Of a stretch of 64,000 nt of DNA, positions 23,971 through 37,550 are shown piece after piece. A model generated the notes under the pieces. It did not search any database. It was given only the letters and a program-made list of their open reading frames with translations, and was not told where the DNA came from. The translations under genes and the position numbers were made by a program. This stretch comes from Rozella allomycis CSF55. Its lineage: Eukaryota. The first letter of the stretch is position 1; every line of letters starts with the position of its first letter. The DNA lies in contig KE561096.1 of assembly GCA_000442015.1 (NCBI GenBank), positions 1 through 64,000 on the forward strand, written 5' to 3'.

Positions 23971-24701
23971 ATGACAAAAGATTCAGAAATCCCTCAGCTA
24001 AGCAGATTTCAAAAATCTGACGCAATGTTGAAGAAGGCGATCGATAGATACATATCAGTATGTGAGTAATAGACATTGATAGTTTTAAAGTAGCATCGAA
24101 AAGTTGTGCAAGATATTTCCTTCCGTTTCACCAAGCAAAATAGAAAAAGGACAGAAAGAGATGATAGATTATCTTTATAAAAGCATACATGTAACTGAAA
24201 CAAAATAAACAAACTCAAGGATGACGTTGAGAAAATTTATGAACGATACGATTTGAAAAACAAGCTAGATGAACTGGACAAAATGTGTCAATCAAAGTAA
24301 TAATAAATATCCAGTGTTAGAAGTGATAATTTTGTACCTCCGCCTACTCCAGATGATATTGAAGACAAGGTTATGCGTTGCGTATCATTTGAAGAATTTG
24401 ACCAATTGAAGGATAGTTTATATAAGGTATTTTTGTGATAAATTATTAATTAGCTCCGTCAAGACAAGAAAATTTTGGAATCAGAGATTTCTTCTCTTTC
24501 AATGTCGCTAAAGAAGGAATGCAACAAGGTCACCAACACTATTAAGAATCTAGAGAAAGTAATTCTATATGTCTTAGTTTAGACTAGCTAAACCAAGTTA
24601 CTACAGAAAATGCTATAGATAAAGAAAGGTTAAGGAAATTGACTAAAGAAATTGTTGAGCATCCCACGATACCTTTTTCACAATCGACTCCATTTTCCTA
24701 A
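23971..24701 (+). CDS. Nnf1/PMF1-like kinetochore (MIS12 complex) protein
   Basis: Spliced reading CSIEKLCKIFP...DLKNKLDELD followed by a coiled coil; several roughly 28-nt introns. Confidence 0.55.
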
Positions 24702-25014
24702 TCTTTTGATCGATAAAACCGTTATAAAAAATAAAGCTTTTTTGGTTTCTTAATTGCTGATGTTTAAAAAATCATCATGTTAACGTTGAAATGACGATAA
24801 AAGCAAAAGGCATAAGAAAATTGGAAAAGACTGATGTTTATATTCATGGCATTGATATTTTACTATTTTTCATTTCACTAAATGTAACGCAAACCAAATT
24901 CCATTTTGGGCTGTTCATGTACCAGTTTTACATTAGTATTACATCGGTAAAAAGATTCGTTTTTTTTCAAACTTTAATACTATACATTAAAAAAATTAAA
25001 TGAATAGATTCAAT

Positions 25015-27729
25015 TTATTTATTTATTAATTGATTGATTTTACCAGTATTTTCGGGACGTAAATAGGTATTATACCGTGACATAATTTCAAAGAGAAGAT
25101 CATCTCGCAATTCTGAGTCGAGTGAATTAAAAAGATTATCAACCGCAGAGTTAATGATTATTCTAGGTTGTATACCAAAATCATTTAAGAATACAATAGC
25201 TTTAATGTTGTTAAAGGCAAGTGCAATGCAATCTATTTCAATGCAATGTGGATGTTCAATTTTGATTAGTTCTGGAAAGACTTGATTAAAGACAAATTGA
25301 ACATTCTGCTTGTTTAGTTTTGTTGTCAGTCCAGTTACAGCCGTTTCAATGACGAATTTGATATCGGAATAGAAAGTAGCTGCAGATAAAGATGTTAAAA
25401 ACTGGAATAAAGAATTAGTGTAGTTTTGATTATCGTTTAAATGATGGAGAAAGGTGTATGAAAGAACATGGTAATCCCTATTTTTCATCATTTCAATATA
25501 AGCTCCCGTCAATCCTTTTTCACTATCGACATTATTTGTTGTCTCAGACTTTATTGGGTCTGAATAACTTCTTTTGTGCCTTTGCACAGTAACTTTTTTA
25601 TTGATTGAATGATCATCAATGAGAGGAATGTTTAACGCCTTAACCCTGTCATTTTCTTCATCATCAGAAGCATTCGACCAATCAGTCAAGGAATAATCTG
25701 AAGCATCAATACCATTCACTTCGTCAAAAGGTAGCCATTCTCCAACATCATTTAATTTTTCACTCTCAGGACTTGTCCACACTTTAATAGTATCTGCAGT
25801 AATCATTCTACTTTTCAAAGGTAAAACTTTCTTTGGCTTCTTTTGCTTTAATGCTGATTTAGAAGAAGTTGAGGAAGAAGTCGATAATGATGAAGATGGT
25901 TGCGCTGTGTCCTTTTTCATTACAATTTCTTGTTCAATTTGCCCATTGGAATGGATATCTTCGATTGGCTCGCTATTGCTATGAAGTTTATCATCTAAAG
26001 GTTCACCTGGAAGAGGACTCTCACTGTTAGTTGCTTTATTTGCACGTTTCTTTTTCTTTTTCCTTTTTTGTTTTGGTGAAAGGGACTCTGATTCATTTTC
26101 AAATTCCTTTAAAATTTCATTCACGAGTTGCTTTTTGTAATCTTCAATCAAACTTTCAATCTGTGGCTTAGAAACCCTTAAGATGTCATAAGAAGATACA
26201 AAGTCCAAAACAGTTTCACCAAAGACATTTTCTTGTAAAATAGATTCAGGAATCAACTCATAAACATATTTAAAGAGGCGGTCATTTAAAGATAAAGAGT
26301 TACAGGCAACTAGAATAAGGGGACTATGTAGATACGGCCTTTTCATTTGCAAAGCAGATTTCAATTCGTTTCGATCAACAGAATAGATGATGTTTTCAAT
26401 GTTATATATTAACAAAAGATCGGCAACAGTGTATCCTTGTTTTACTCTGTAATTCAATGGAAACAAGCCTGAATTGATCAATGTTTTAACTATATCAGTA
26501 GAGCAATAAATTATAGAATATTCAATCAAGGAAACTTGAAATCGATTAAAAATTCTGGCAAATTCGTAATATTCTGGTTTTAAATGCTTGAAAATGATTT
26601 TAAGAAACTCAAAGTCATTTGAAAAGATTGCTGAAGATAACATGGTGTTGCCATCATCATCGTAATACATGAGCATATCAGGAAAATCAGTAAAAATCAA
26701 ATCCAACAGTTTATATTTGTTTTCATGATCCATTTTTGATACCAATCCAGACAATGAACAAACTATTGTTTGATTTTGGCCTTCTGGTATGTAAGTGAAA
26801 ATTAGATCTTTTGCTTCAAACTCATAAAGAGACTTTACAATAGAATACAAGTCAAATGCATTCTCTTCATCGTCAAACAAGATAAAGATTAAGTAATGCG
26901 CTGTATTTTTTCTTGATATTCCTTCGCTTATTCCCATCTGAAACATTTCACTAATATTCTCTTTATTAAATTGTTTAAACCCTTTTTTGAGATTGTCAAT
27001 CTTTTGCAATATTGTATTGTCATTAAAATCTAATTTAATCCCGTCAGATGGGAACAAATCTCTCATATAAAAATTGGTTTGTAATTCCAATTCCTTCCAT
27101 TCATTTGCGTATTTTGGTATTCCTAGAATAAATTTTGTCAATTTGGGAAAGAAATGATTTCGTTTCAGAATATTGCTATCAAGTAGTCCGTAATAGTAAA
27201 CTTGCCTTAAAGAAATCACATTTTTCCTTAAAAGATATGCAATAAAATGAAATCTTTCTCCAATAAAGCTATAATCAATAATATTATCAAAGGCAGGTCC
27301 GCTTGAAAGCAAGACCCAACGATCCTCCATTTTTATAGAATCAACAATGAATTTGAATCTCTTATAATTGCAAACCTTGTGAGTGCATGTAAAGGTTATG
27401 TATGAAAATCCTCCCGTAGAAGTTGAAAATACCCAATCGTAACCAAATTTGAATACCTTTTCCAAGAATGGATCAGTATTATCTTTCATGATCAATATGG
27501 CCAAAATATCTGGAACTATTTCATTTTGCGTTGGTTTTAATGAAATTCTGGCAAAACGATGCACGTCAATAGGATTTTTCTGCGAGGCCGATTCAATTTC
27601 TCGATATAGCAATGCAGAAAATGGACTTAATGATTCATAGCAGGTGGGATGAAGCAATTGAGGTATAAATGGATGACATTGAATGCAAACAAATATTAAA
27701 AAGGCAACCTTGATACGCGTAAACTTCAT
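25015..27729 (-). CDS. Intronless 904-aa putative secreted ankyrin-repeat protein
   Basis: Signal-peptide-like MKFTRIKVAFLIFVCIQC; ankyrin-like DDDGNTMLSSAI, DIVKTLINSG, NVFGETVLDF; basic KQKRKKKKR. Confidence 0.8.
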   Translation of the reverse strand: MKFTRIKVAFLIFVCIQCHPFIPQLLHPTCYESLSPFSALLYREIESASQKNPIDVHRFARISLKPTQNEIVPDILAILIMKDNTDPFLEKVFKFGYDWVFSTSTGGFSYITFTCTHKVCNYKRFKFIVDSIKMEDRWVLLSSGPAFDNIIDYSFIGERFHFIAYLLRKNVISLRQVYYYGLLDSNILKRNHFFPKLTKFILGIPKYANEWKELELQTNFYMRDLFPSDGIKLDFNDNTILQKIDNLKKGFKQFNKENISEMFQMGISEGISRKNTAHYLIFILFDDEENAFDLYSIVKSLYEFEAKDLIFTYIPEGQNQTIVCSLSGLVSKMDHENKYKLLDLIFTDFPDMLMYYDDDGNTMLSSAIFSNDFEFLKIIFKHLKPEYYEFARIFNRFQVSLIEYSIIYCSTDIVKTLINSGLFPLNYRVKQGYTVADLLLIYNIENIIYSVDRNELKSALQMKRPYLHSPLILVACNSLSLNDRLFKYVYELIPESILQENVFGETVLDFVSSYDILRVSKPQIESLIEDYKKQLVNEILKEFENESESLSPKQKRKKKKKRANKATNSESPLPGEPLDDKLHSNSEPIEDIHSNGQIEQEIVMKKDTAQPSSSLSTSSSTSSKSALKQKKPKKVLPLKSRMITADTIKVWTSPESEKLNDVGEWLPFDEVNGIDASDYSLTDWSNASDDEENDRVKALNIPLIDDHSINKKVTVQRHKRSYSDPIKSETTNNVDSEKGLTGAYIEMMKNRDYHVLSYTFLHHLNDNQNYTNSLFQFLTSLSAATFYSDIKFVIETAVTGLTTKLNKQNVQFVFNQVFPELIKIEHPHCIEIDCIALAFNNIKAIVFLNDFGIQPRIIINSAVDNLFNSLDSELRDDLLFEIMSRYNTYLRPENTGKINQLINK

Positions 27730-27845
27730 TTACACACACGTGGAGGCTTTCTTGCCGTTGGATGAAATTGGAAAGTAATTTTAATTCAAAATTTTCGAAT
27801 ATTCTATATTTAGAATGTGATGGAATAAACTTTGAATATTTTTAT

Positions 27846-29322
27846 TTAAATATCCTTCAACTTTTCTTCTATAGCAGCAATGCTATGTGTGTCAACTCTG
27901 ATGATTTCCTTTCCAAAGAACTTTTGAATTTCAAGTAAATTTTCAAGAGATTTATGATCGTGAACAAAGTTGATAGCCACACCAGATCTTCCAAATCGTC
28001 CAGTTCTACCGATTCTATGAAGATAAGTTTCAGGGTCAGGTTGAAAGTTTGCATCCAAGGGAATATCAAAGTTTATCACAAGCGAAACCTGTTGAATATC
28101 AATACCTCTCGCTAACACATTTGTAGTAATTAAAACTTTGGTGACACCCTTGCGGAAATCGTTAATAATTTTGTCTCTTTCGCTGGGTTCCATCCCACCA
28201 TGAAGCAAACACGTTGAATGACCCTGGTTTCTCATGTAATCTTGCAATTCATCGGCAGTTTTCTTGGTATGAACAAAGATAATACTTTGCCCAATTGTCA
28301 ATAAACCATAAAGAGCAGAAAGTACTTCAAATTTGTGTCTAAAGTTTTTGCAGTCCATGTAGAGTTGTTTAATGGCATCAACGCTCAGCTCTTCACGCTT
28401 CAAAGTAATTTCATTTGCGTCTTGAGCGATTCTCTTGGCAAATTCTCTCACGTCGTCTCTAAAAGTAGCAGAAAACAAAACAACTTGGCATTCTTTTGGA
28501 CACAATCTATTTTAAGATCCAATAAAGTTTACTTTCGAACTCTAATTGATTGATCACCCATCCCTTGTTTATCCAACATCACATCAGCTTCATCAAGTAC
28601 GAATATCTTCACATTAGAAACATCCAAAAGTCTCTTTCTAACCATATCAATTATTGTCCCAGGGGTTCCTATCACAATATGCGCATTAACCGCTTCCCTA
28701 TTCACTCCAGTATCTTCTTTAACTGCAAATGCATAAGTGCATTGAGTAAATTGCCCCATTTGCTTAACAACATCCATAATTTGAAGAGCCAATTCTCTGG
28801 CTGGTGCTAAACAAATCGCTTGAGTTTGTGGTAATGAAGGATCCACTCGGCTAAGCATTGTAAGCGTAAATGCTGCAGTCTTCCCTGTTCCAGATTGCGA
28901 TTGAGCTACCATGTTTTGTGGCCTTTTACAAATTATGTTGTTTATTACGGATCCCTCAAAAGTAAAGGCAACGCCTTCTCTTGAACTTTGGATGGCTTGA
29001 CAAATTTCATAGAATATATTCCTTTCAGTAATTCTTCCGACAAACCTAAATCTTCAAATCGTTGCACTGAAAACAAGGGTGAACTTTCATTTGCTTGAAT
29101 TTGAGCCAGTTTCACTTCAACTGTATGCGCACTTTCGATAAGTCCTTTCACATTATCTATTTCAATAATAGGATCTATTAAAAATATTCTCAAGCTATTA
29201 CCATCTTCTTCTTCGGCTACCTGCTCACCTGAAACTCTGAGTATTTTTTAATAGTTACCTTTTTCGTTTAAAGCTTCCAAGGACTCAAAAGGCTCGTTTC
29301 CCCAATCACGAAGGTCAGACAT
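27846..29322 (-). CDS. DBP5: DEAD-box RNA helicase Dbp5/DDX19
   Basis: AQSQSGTGKTAAF, LDEAD, FSAT, TYLHRIGRTGRFGR. Confidence 0.95.
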
Positions 29323-29338
29323 TTTATTCACGAAATTT

Positions 29339-29871
29339 CCTAGTTCAATTGTCCCTCTTGTTGAAATTCTATTTATTAAGAACGTTAATGATATAGATTT
29401 AAAAAGCATATAATGCAACATTTGAACTTTTGAAGATAATAAAACTCATTTTTCTACAACTTTCAGATGTTCAATACCACATGTTGGAAGTACTTTAAGT
29501 CTTTATTATTTTATTTTATTTAATTTAATCGAGAAACATTCAAAGGTTAAGGTGTTCACAAAATTCCAACACCCAATTTCGTATTTTTTACGATATTTCG
29601 AAATTCACTTTCTTGTTTAGAAAATCTACAGACGTTTTACCAGAGAGCATATGTCTCATTATCCACTATTCTAGGATCATCATGGTCTTTATCAAGGATT
29701 GACAAGACAGATGCTCTCTGTGAAACATTTGTAGATTTTCTGGCTATCATCAATAACGTTCCTTCCCAAGGACATCTAATTAGACTTTGTCATAGAGTTG
29801 AGCCTGACTCTGAAGGTGACTTGAATAATCAAAGCATAAAAGGGGTTCATAATAAACTCAATTGGACTAGG
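29339..29871. ncRNA. Candidate structured non-coding RNA or foldback element
   Basis: Termini complementary (29339-29351 / 29859-29871); long internal hairpin 29619-29741; no ORF. Confidence 0.45.
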
Positions 29872-30010
29872 CTAAATGCCACTAAAATTAGATTAAATAA
29901 TTTATTTAATGTTTTAAAAAAGTCAGCGACGTGATTCAATTTCGCGCTGCCATTTTCTTCAACGGAATAAAAAAGATAATCTTTCCAGAGTCTTGAATAT
30001 CACTCACAAG

Positions 30011-30887
30011 TCACTTGATAGATTCCAAACCAGATTCTGTCATTTTGTAAATCTTTCCATTGTTTACATGGGGGTGATCTTCCAGAAACTTTTGATTTGT
30101 AACGAGTTTTGTCTTCTTGGTTCTTTTCTTACCTTTGGAAGATTTGATCTTATAGTAAGAACGTTGCATGTCATTTGTCAAAACCAGATGAATCTTTGAA
30201 TCTTTGGGAACGCGGAGGAGAATACTTTCTACCACTTCCTGACCTAAAGGGCCCTTGTAATCCTTGCATTCCCCCCCAGACATCAATGTCGATATTCCAT
30301 TGTTCGTCAACTTGTCAACGGCAAAATCAATCACATCGTTGTTTCTTGTTCTTCTTAAATTTGCTACATTAACATCATCGGAATCGAACCATGTAGGAAA
30401 GACTTGATTAGGAGGAGACAGAAATGGAATCGTGTAATTTGCAAACTCTTCTGGAAGGTTAATGTTGTCAATGCGCACTCCATTCAATTGATAAAAAATT
30501 CTTGTATAAAGTTAGCCAATCCAGTTCCTTTAAATCCATCAATGTGACTTGCTCCAGTCAAAGCAGCAGTACAACAGGCTTCAAGCTCCATGCCATTGTT
30601 GCTTCTTTGATTGATGTTGTCAAAGAGAATTGCTTGATGATCCCTGGCTTCTTCAAGAGCTTCATGGAATAACTTGCTTTCCCCGTGTATCCATTTCCCC
30701 TCATCAAAGCCATATAGAGAAGAAAATCATCTTTCATCGCCTTGAATGCAACGACGGTTTTCCAGTATCTAAGGTCCTGTTTCGAAAGTCCAGAGCTGGT
30801 CAATAGTTTCGCCCCTTGCCACGTATTTCTTGTACTCATCTCCTTTTTTGGTTCCAGGTTAACACCATCTATCGCTACTTTAATCAA
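30011..30887 (-). pseudogene. Crinkler (CRN)-like effector C-terminal domain, frameshifted
   Basis: Three frames give DFLLYMALM / NQRSNNGMELEA...ASH / IPFLSPPNQ...GECKDY...ILLRVPKDSKIHLV, recalled as similar to oomycete CRN C-termini; two frameshifts. Confidence 0.6.
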
Positions 30888-31596
30888 ATAGCTTGATTCT
30901 TACTTGCTAAATTAAGTTTGCTGTAGACGGCACGTCCCGCTTGGCGCTTCTCCAAGTTCTGCAATCCAATCTTCTTTGATGAAAGAAGAATAGTCCTCAA
31001 ACTCTAGGCCTTTTTCATCAAAGCTCGCTCTCTGTAATCATCTTTGTTTGCAACAAAAAATCACAGGTTCATGTTCACTTGTAAAAATTCATTGGGAATT
31101 TTTTAATATTTTCAAATGACAAAAGAAGACAAAAAATAAGAGGTTTGACAAAAGAAAAATTTTAGTCTAGTACTGGTTTTGCCGTTTTAGTGTCGTCTTA
31201 ATATCGATTCTTTGTCACGAGAGTTGTTGGGAAATGGGATAGTAGATACTGAGCTTCATACGTTTATATTGTCAAAGCTCAGTCGTTTTTTGATCAATAT
31301 ATTCTTTTTTTTGATACCTGCTTTGAATCCACAAAGTTTCTGGACTCTCTCGATTGTTTCCTTCTCCCTTTTGTTCAAATTCCATTTAAAACTTCAAAAA
31401 GAATCCAACGGGACATTCTAGATTCGACAAATTTCTTTGTTTCAAGATTAAGCTTTCAATAAAAACTCGAGTTTTTCATTATCACAATAATTATGCTGGA
31501 AGTTCTTGTTATGTTATTTAATCTATTTTATGTTTGATCAATATGCAAATGGGTAGATATATCCCCAAGGTTTCACAAAATTCTTGAAAATCCAAA

Positions 31597-32575
31597 ATGC
31601 AACAAAGCGCGATCTCAGAGTCACGGGTTAGAATTCTCATCTGATTATATTCTAGTTTAAATATCAAAGTGAAATACAACAAATGATGTACACTTTTGGA
31701 GACGTTCGGCGTTGTTTGCCAGAGGTCAGCAAATTAGTAGAAGACATTGTTCGAGATCAGATAATTAATCTAGTAATAATGTCAAAAACAAATTCAAAGG
31801 CCATTCAGGCGGCAGCTTTAGCCCAAAAAAGGTCCAGTCGTTTTATTTCCTCTGATGATCTCATGTTTCTTGTCCGCTCAGATAAAAGCAAATTAAGCAG
31901 AATTAAGGAATACATTTTCTGGAAAGAGGTTCGAAAAAATATGAAAGGGACTGATGAAGTCGGCCTTGCTGAAGGTGCAGGTAAAATTTGTCGATCAATT
32001 TTGTAGCCCCAGAAAAGAAAAATAAAAGAAAACATATTACTGTAGGATGGAATTTCTTGGAATCGTTTCAGGAATTCGTTCAAGATGAATCTGACTTTCC
32101 AAAAGGGGCAAGTTTAGATGAATCTTTTAAGAAAAGACTGGAAGTAACCATAAATTAGTTTACATTAAAGGAAAACGACAAAGTTACACGTAATATGAGT
32201 AGAGAAGAATACATGGATTATGCTGACTGTCGGTCGGCATCATTCTATGCGAAAAAGTCAAAGAGGTTCAAAGAGTGGATAAATCTTGGGGCTTATATCG
32301 ATGTAAAAGCGAGCGAAGAAGTATTTGAACTATTGGGGTATCTCTGTTGGGAATCAGTAAAAACAATTACAGAAAATGCCTTGATTGTTAAATGGGATGA
32401 GCTCATGGCTGAGAGAAAAAACCAATTAAACAACGTTGATATTGGATTATTCGCTGCTCCATTAGAACAGAGACCTATTCAACCATCACACATCATGGAG
32501 GCGTATAGAAGACTTCAAAAATCCAAAGATGTGTCTGCGCCAAGAAAATGTTTGAAGAGAGTCAGACTCTTTTAA
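31597..32575 (+). CDS. SPT3: SAGA subunit Spt3
   Basis: YQSEIQQMMYTFGD, DLMFLVRSDKSKLSRI, TRNMSREEYMDYADCRSASF. Confidence 0.92.
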
Positions 32576-32797
32576 ATCCAATTATAATAAAATATTTTTA
32601 ATAATAACATCAATGTTTAAAATTAGATGGCATTATGCACAACAGATGAAGTTGATATTCACTAACAGTCAACAGAAAAGACCCAATGTGAAACATTTCA
32701 TTTGTCTTTCATTGAAAAACCAAATAATTTGAGTTAAAAAATGACGTGGATATTTGTATATTTCGGTAAGCATTTTGGCACCCCTGTTAATTCCTAG

Positions 32798-33401
<604 letters not shown>

Positions 33402-33589
33402 ATAAATGGTTTCGAAAAATTATCTTTCATTGTAGCCTTTTTTTGATAAGTTACAAAAAATTAGACTTACGTCTTAATTTAATATATTTATTTGAGAATC
33501 TTATATACATAGACTGTCCTTGACTCCTTTGAATCATTTATTAAAACTAAGCATAATTATGTGCTTTCAAAAATCTTGCGTGGCTTGAA

Positions 33590-34697
33590 ATGGATTTTGA
33601 ATTAGAAAACCCTCCTTCAGACGGAATATCTAGCTTAAACTTTTCAAAATATTCAAATAATCTTCTTTTGGCAACCTCTTGGGACTCTGTAATGATTTTA
33701 TACTGATATTATAATCCAGAAGGCAAGAATTTATGATACAAACGCAAATCAATTGATAAAACTTTTTGAACATGAAAGCCCTTTGTTAGATGGGACTTTC
33801 GTATCTGAAAAAGAAATTTCTTTGGGAGGATTAGGGAAACAACTATACATGTATCATTTTTGACACAACGTTTACTTAGATGGAACATAGAACAAGAAGC
33901 AAGACAAATCGTTGCAACACATCATGAACCAATTAAATCAATAGAATACAATGAATTACACAGTAAATGTTGAGTTGCATGATAATAGAATTACTTGTGG
34001 CAGGAAGTTGGGATAGAACAGTGTCTTTGAACGATCAAAGGACCAAAAGTGACACTACATTTGTTAATGTGTCTGAAAGAGTCTATTCTTTAGATACAAT
34101 TGATAACATTCTTGTTGTTGCCTCAGCCAATAGGTTCGTTGATATATTCGATTTGAGAAATTGCCAAACGCCAATGCAAAGGAGAGAATCATCTTTGAAG
34201 CATCAAACCCGCTGTATAAAGCTGTTTCCTAACTCTGAAGGATATGTCATTAGCTCTATTGAAGGAAGGGTCGGTGTTGAGTTTATTGATGAGTCTTCCA
34301 TGAATAAAAAGTATGCTTTCAAATGCCACAGAGAAACTGTTGATGAAGTTGAAGTTGTTCATCCAGTTAACGCAATATGTTTTCATCCAGTGTAAAAAAC
34401 TACATTTTATTTGTAAAAGGTATGGAACGTTTGCCACTGGAGGTAGCGATGGCACAATCAGTGTGTGGGACAGATTGAACAAGAAGAGAATTAAAGCTTG
34501 GCCTAAATATCCTTCGTCCGTTGCGGCACTATCTATCAGTGCCGATGGCTGCATGATGGCCATAGCGTCTTCATACACTTTTGATGAAGGAGAAAAAGAG
34601 TAATCATTTTTCATTCACTTTTACCAGTCATCTGCCTGACAGCATTTTCATAAAGAAATTAACCGATAAAGACGTGATGCCGAAATCAATGCAATAA
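33590..34697 (+). CDS. BUB3: Spindle checkpoint WD40 protein Bub3
   Basis: [47 protein letters not shown]. Confidence 0.93.
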
Positions 34698-34704
34698 AGT
34701 CGAC

Positions 34705-36004
34705 TTAAAATTTTAGTTTTATTTTAGTTCTTCCTTTAATCTGAATTGGCTTTCTTTTAACTTTGGTATCTTTAACTACAGGGTGCGATCTAAAAGCGGC
34801 GTGTTGTACAACGGGGGAAAACGTGGAAATGGTTTGATTCTTTTTGAATAGATTCATCATTCTTGAAGCCATTATATTTTTCTGTGGGTTTATTACAAAA
34901 TCTGTCGGATGTGTGGGATCGGTGGTCGTTTTTCCTGGAATATCAATGATGGAAATCGTTTCCTTTAAAACTGCCTTTTTTGAAGAAAAGAATAGGTTTT
35001 TTCGTATTTTTTCATTTGGAAATTTTTGAGACAGGGATAATAAGCCCGGGGCTTCGTCTCCTAAAACAATTACTTTTTCTTCTTCGTTAATCAAAATAGG
35101 TGTGTGTATATTCTTTCTATTTGTACCTTGGAAAATGTCTGAATGTATTTCATCGCTCATATCGACGCCAGTCCATCGAATGTATTGATGTCGCCTTTTC
35201 ATGTGCTTCCCAGGAGACAAGTAGATGCGATGAATAATACCGTCTCTTATGAAAAACCCCGATGAATCCTCCATAGAGTCTTTAATTTTCGCCATTGGAA
35301 TATCATCTGTTGAAACTGAGCCATTGTCTGAGCGTAAAGACTGTGCTGATGATTGCCGTCTAATCATCGAGGAGTTTAAATGATTCCTTTGTAAAGATAG
35401 TTCATGAATAATAAAAGGTAATTCTTCGTTGAACAATTGCCTCATTAGCGTTTCAATTTCATATTGCAACAGTCTTTTTATGGACGGAATAGTGTCAAAA
35501 GTTGATGAAACATTGATTTGATCAAGTGGATCATTTTTAAAACAAAAAGTTACTCCTTTTTGTTCACAAAATACAAGAGAAAATATTCCATTTAAACGCA
35601 AGTCACTTAGCCGTAATTCCATCGGTACTACTAACGGCTTATTAGCTGCTATGACGCCGTAATGTGGGTGGAGCCTAAATGATTTTTTCCTTTTACTACT
35701 GCAAACAGGATTCGCTTGCACCTTGGTTTGAAGGACTAGGTGTGCATTCCCATTGTATACCATGCGAAATATTCCTCTAAATTTATCTTTACAAAGTTCA
35801 CCGATTTCCATAATTTCTATTTCAGGGGGCTGCACTAACAGAGACATTTATTCTTACTTGCGTCCCAAGATCCAAAGACTTAACAAGGATGGCATCACAG
35901 ATGTTACCAGGTAATGGGCTCTTATTCAAACCTTTTTCTAAAGCGGCCGTCACTTTATTATAAAATAAACTATCAAAATTTGGCCAGTGAAAACGAAACG
36001 ACAT
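34705..36004 (-). CDS. MDM34: ERMES subunit Mdm34
   Basis: MSFRFHW start, LDLGTQ|PPEIEIMEIGEL, FRGIF, LQTKVQANP, FKNDPL. Confidence 0.92.
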
Positions 36005-36050
36005 TCTGAAATCTCGGAATTGGTTTAAGAAATTTACAAAGTTTTATAAT

Positions 36051-37386
36051 TTAGTTATGGTCCTTATTGCGATGCTTTTTTGCATCAATCTCATGAAAAT
36101 CATCCAAAGAAGAAAGATCGGGTGCTCTTGGGCTCGGCTCTTGAGAAAAATATGGATGTGATAGAGCATCAAAGGCACTAATTCTCTTATTAGGGTTGAA
36201 ACATAGTAATTTGGATGCAAGATCAAATGCTGATTCGTTTAAAATTCTAATTTTAGAATCTTTGATTTGATTACCCAGCAAACCTAGTCTCAAATGTAGA
36301 CGGCCTCACCTCCCTGGGCGAAAGCATATTGTACCAGGGTAGGTTCTTAGCTTCTGGCCATTTATTTAATTCTTCGCTCCCAAAGAGTTCATAAATAGAG
36401 TCTAGTTGTGTAATTTCATCATTGGCGCTGAATAAATTCTTTCCTTCAAACATTTCCAACAAGATACACCTAATACCCAAATAGCATCATATGTACCCCG
36501 TGCTCCAAATATCCACTTCTGATCCATAGCTAGTACCGCCTAAGAGTAGTTCTGGTGAGCGATACCAAAGGGTAATAACTCTATTCGTATAAACTTTCTT
36601 ATTTTTCCACGTAGAAAGAAATCGCGAAAGTCCAAAATCAGCAAGTTTCAATCTTCCTGTTTTATCGATTAACACGTTTGAGCCTTTGATGTCACGATGA
36701 CATATCGAGCGCTCATGAAGAGCATGAAGACCCCGTAGCATTTGCTGGAGAAATGATTTTATATGAGATTCCTCCAATTTAAAATTTGGGTGAAGGATGA
36801 GACCTTTTTCACTTTTTAATGATTTCTACCTGTTAAATCGTAATCCATATAGTCGAAAACCATCGACAGACCCTCTTTTTCAATAAATACGTCAAGGAGC
36901 CGAATGACGTTTACATGTCTCACACTTTGTAAATGCTTAATTTCTCGAGCAGTAGTAACTGATATCTAAACTTCTAAATAGCGATCAATATATACCCCAT
37001 CCTTTTCCATATCTTTTCGTATCTTTTTCACGGCAACAAGAATATTTTGCTTCGGCTCTACTGCTTTATATACTATTCTAGTTGAAATGGCACGATAATA
37101 TATACCCGAATGTTCCCTCTCCAACTGAAGTAATAACCTTATAAGGGCCAATAAATTGATCATTATTTTGATCAGAACGTTTATGGTCATCTTTATTTCT
37201 ATTATAGTTGTTGTCGTATGGTTGGTGGTTCATCTTATTGTAAAACGATGGACGGCTTCCACTATAGGCAGTCATACTGTTAGGTTGACTTCTCTCTCTA
37301 CTAGACTCCCGACTATAGGGAAAAGACATTCGCGTCCTTTTTGTTTGAAAATATTTATCTCGTGGTGACTGAATCCTCTTTGACAT
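36051..37386 (-). CDS. RNA pol II CTD kinase, Ctk1/CDK12-like
   Basis: R/S-rich N-terminus, VGEGTFG, HRDIKGSN, YTNRVITLWYRSPELLLG. Confidence 0.8.
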
Positions 37387-37550
37387 TTTCGTTTTCGAAA
37401 TTTACAAAAAGAAATACGCAAAATTCCCCATGAATTCTTTGAGTGACAAATTATAAAATAATGAAATTTTGTTGTAAAAGAATTTTGATCTTTTTGATTA
37501 AAATTACAACTGTAAACAAACGCCTTCAAACTCCGCTAATTTCAGTCAAG

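Noticed and set aside
29542-29552. CCTTAACCTT (- strand) as a telomerase template
   Set aside because: Would encode an unusual TTAAGG repeat, and no telomere sequence is available here to compare.
29711-29725. ACAGAGA on the - strand as U6 snRNA
   Set aside because: Lacks the following AGATTAGCA and is part of a long hairpin arm.
31200-31530. Open - strand frame (LNKREKETIERVQKLCGF...)
   Set aside because: No confident start, exon chain or motif.
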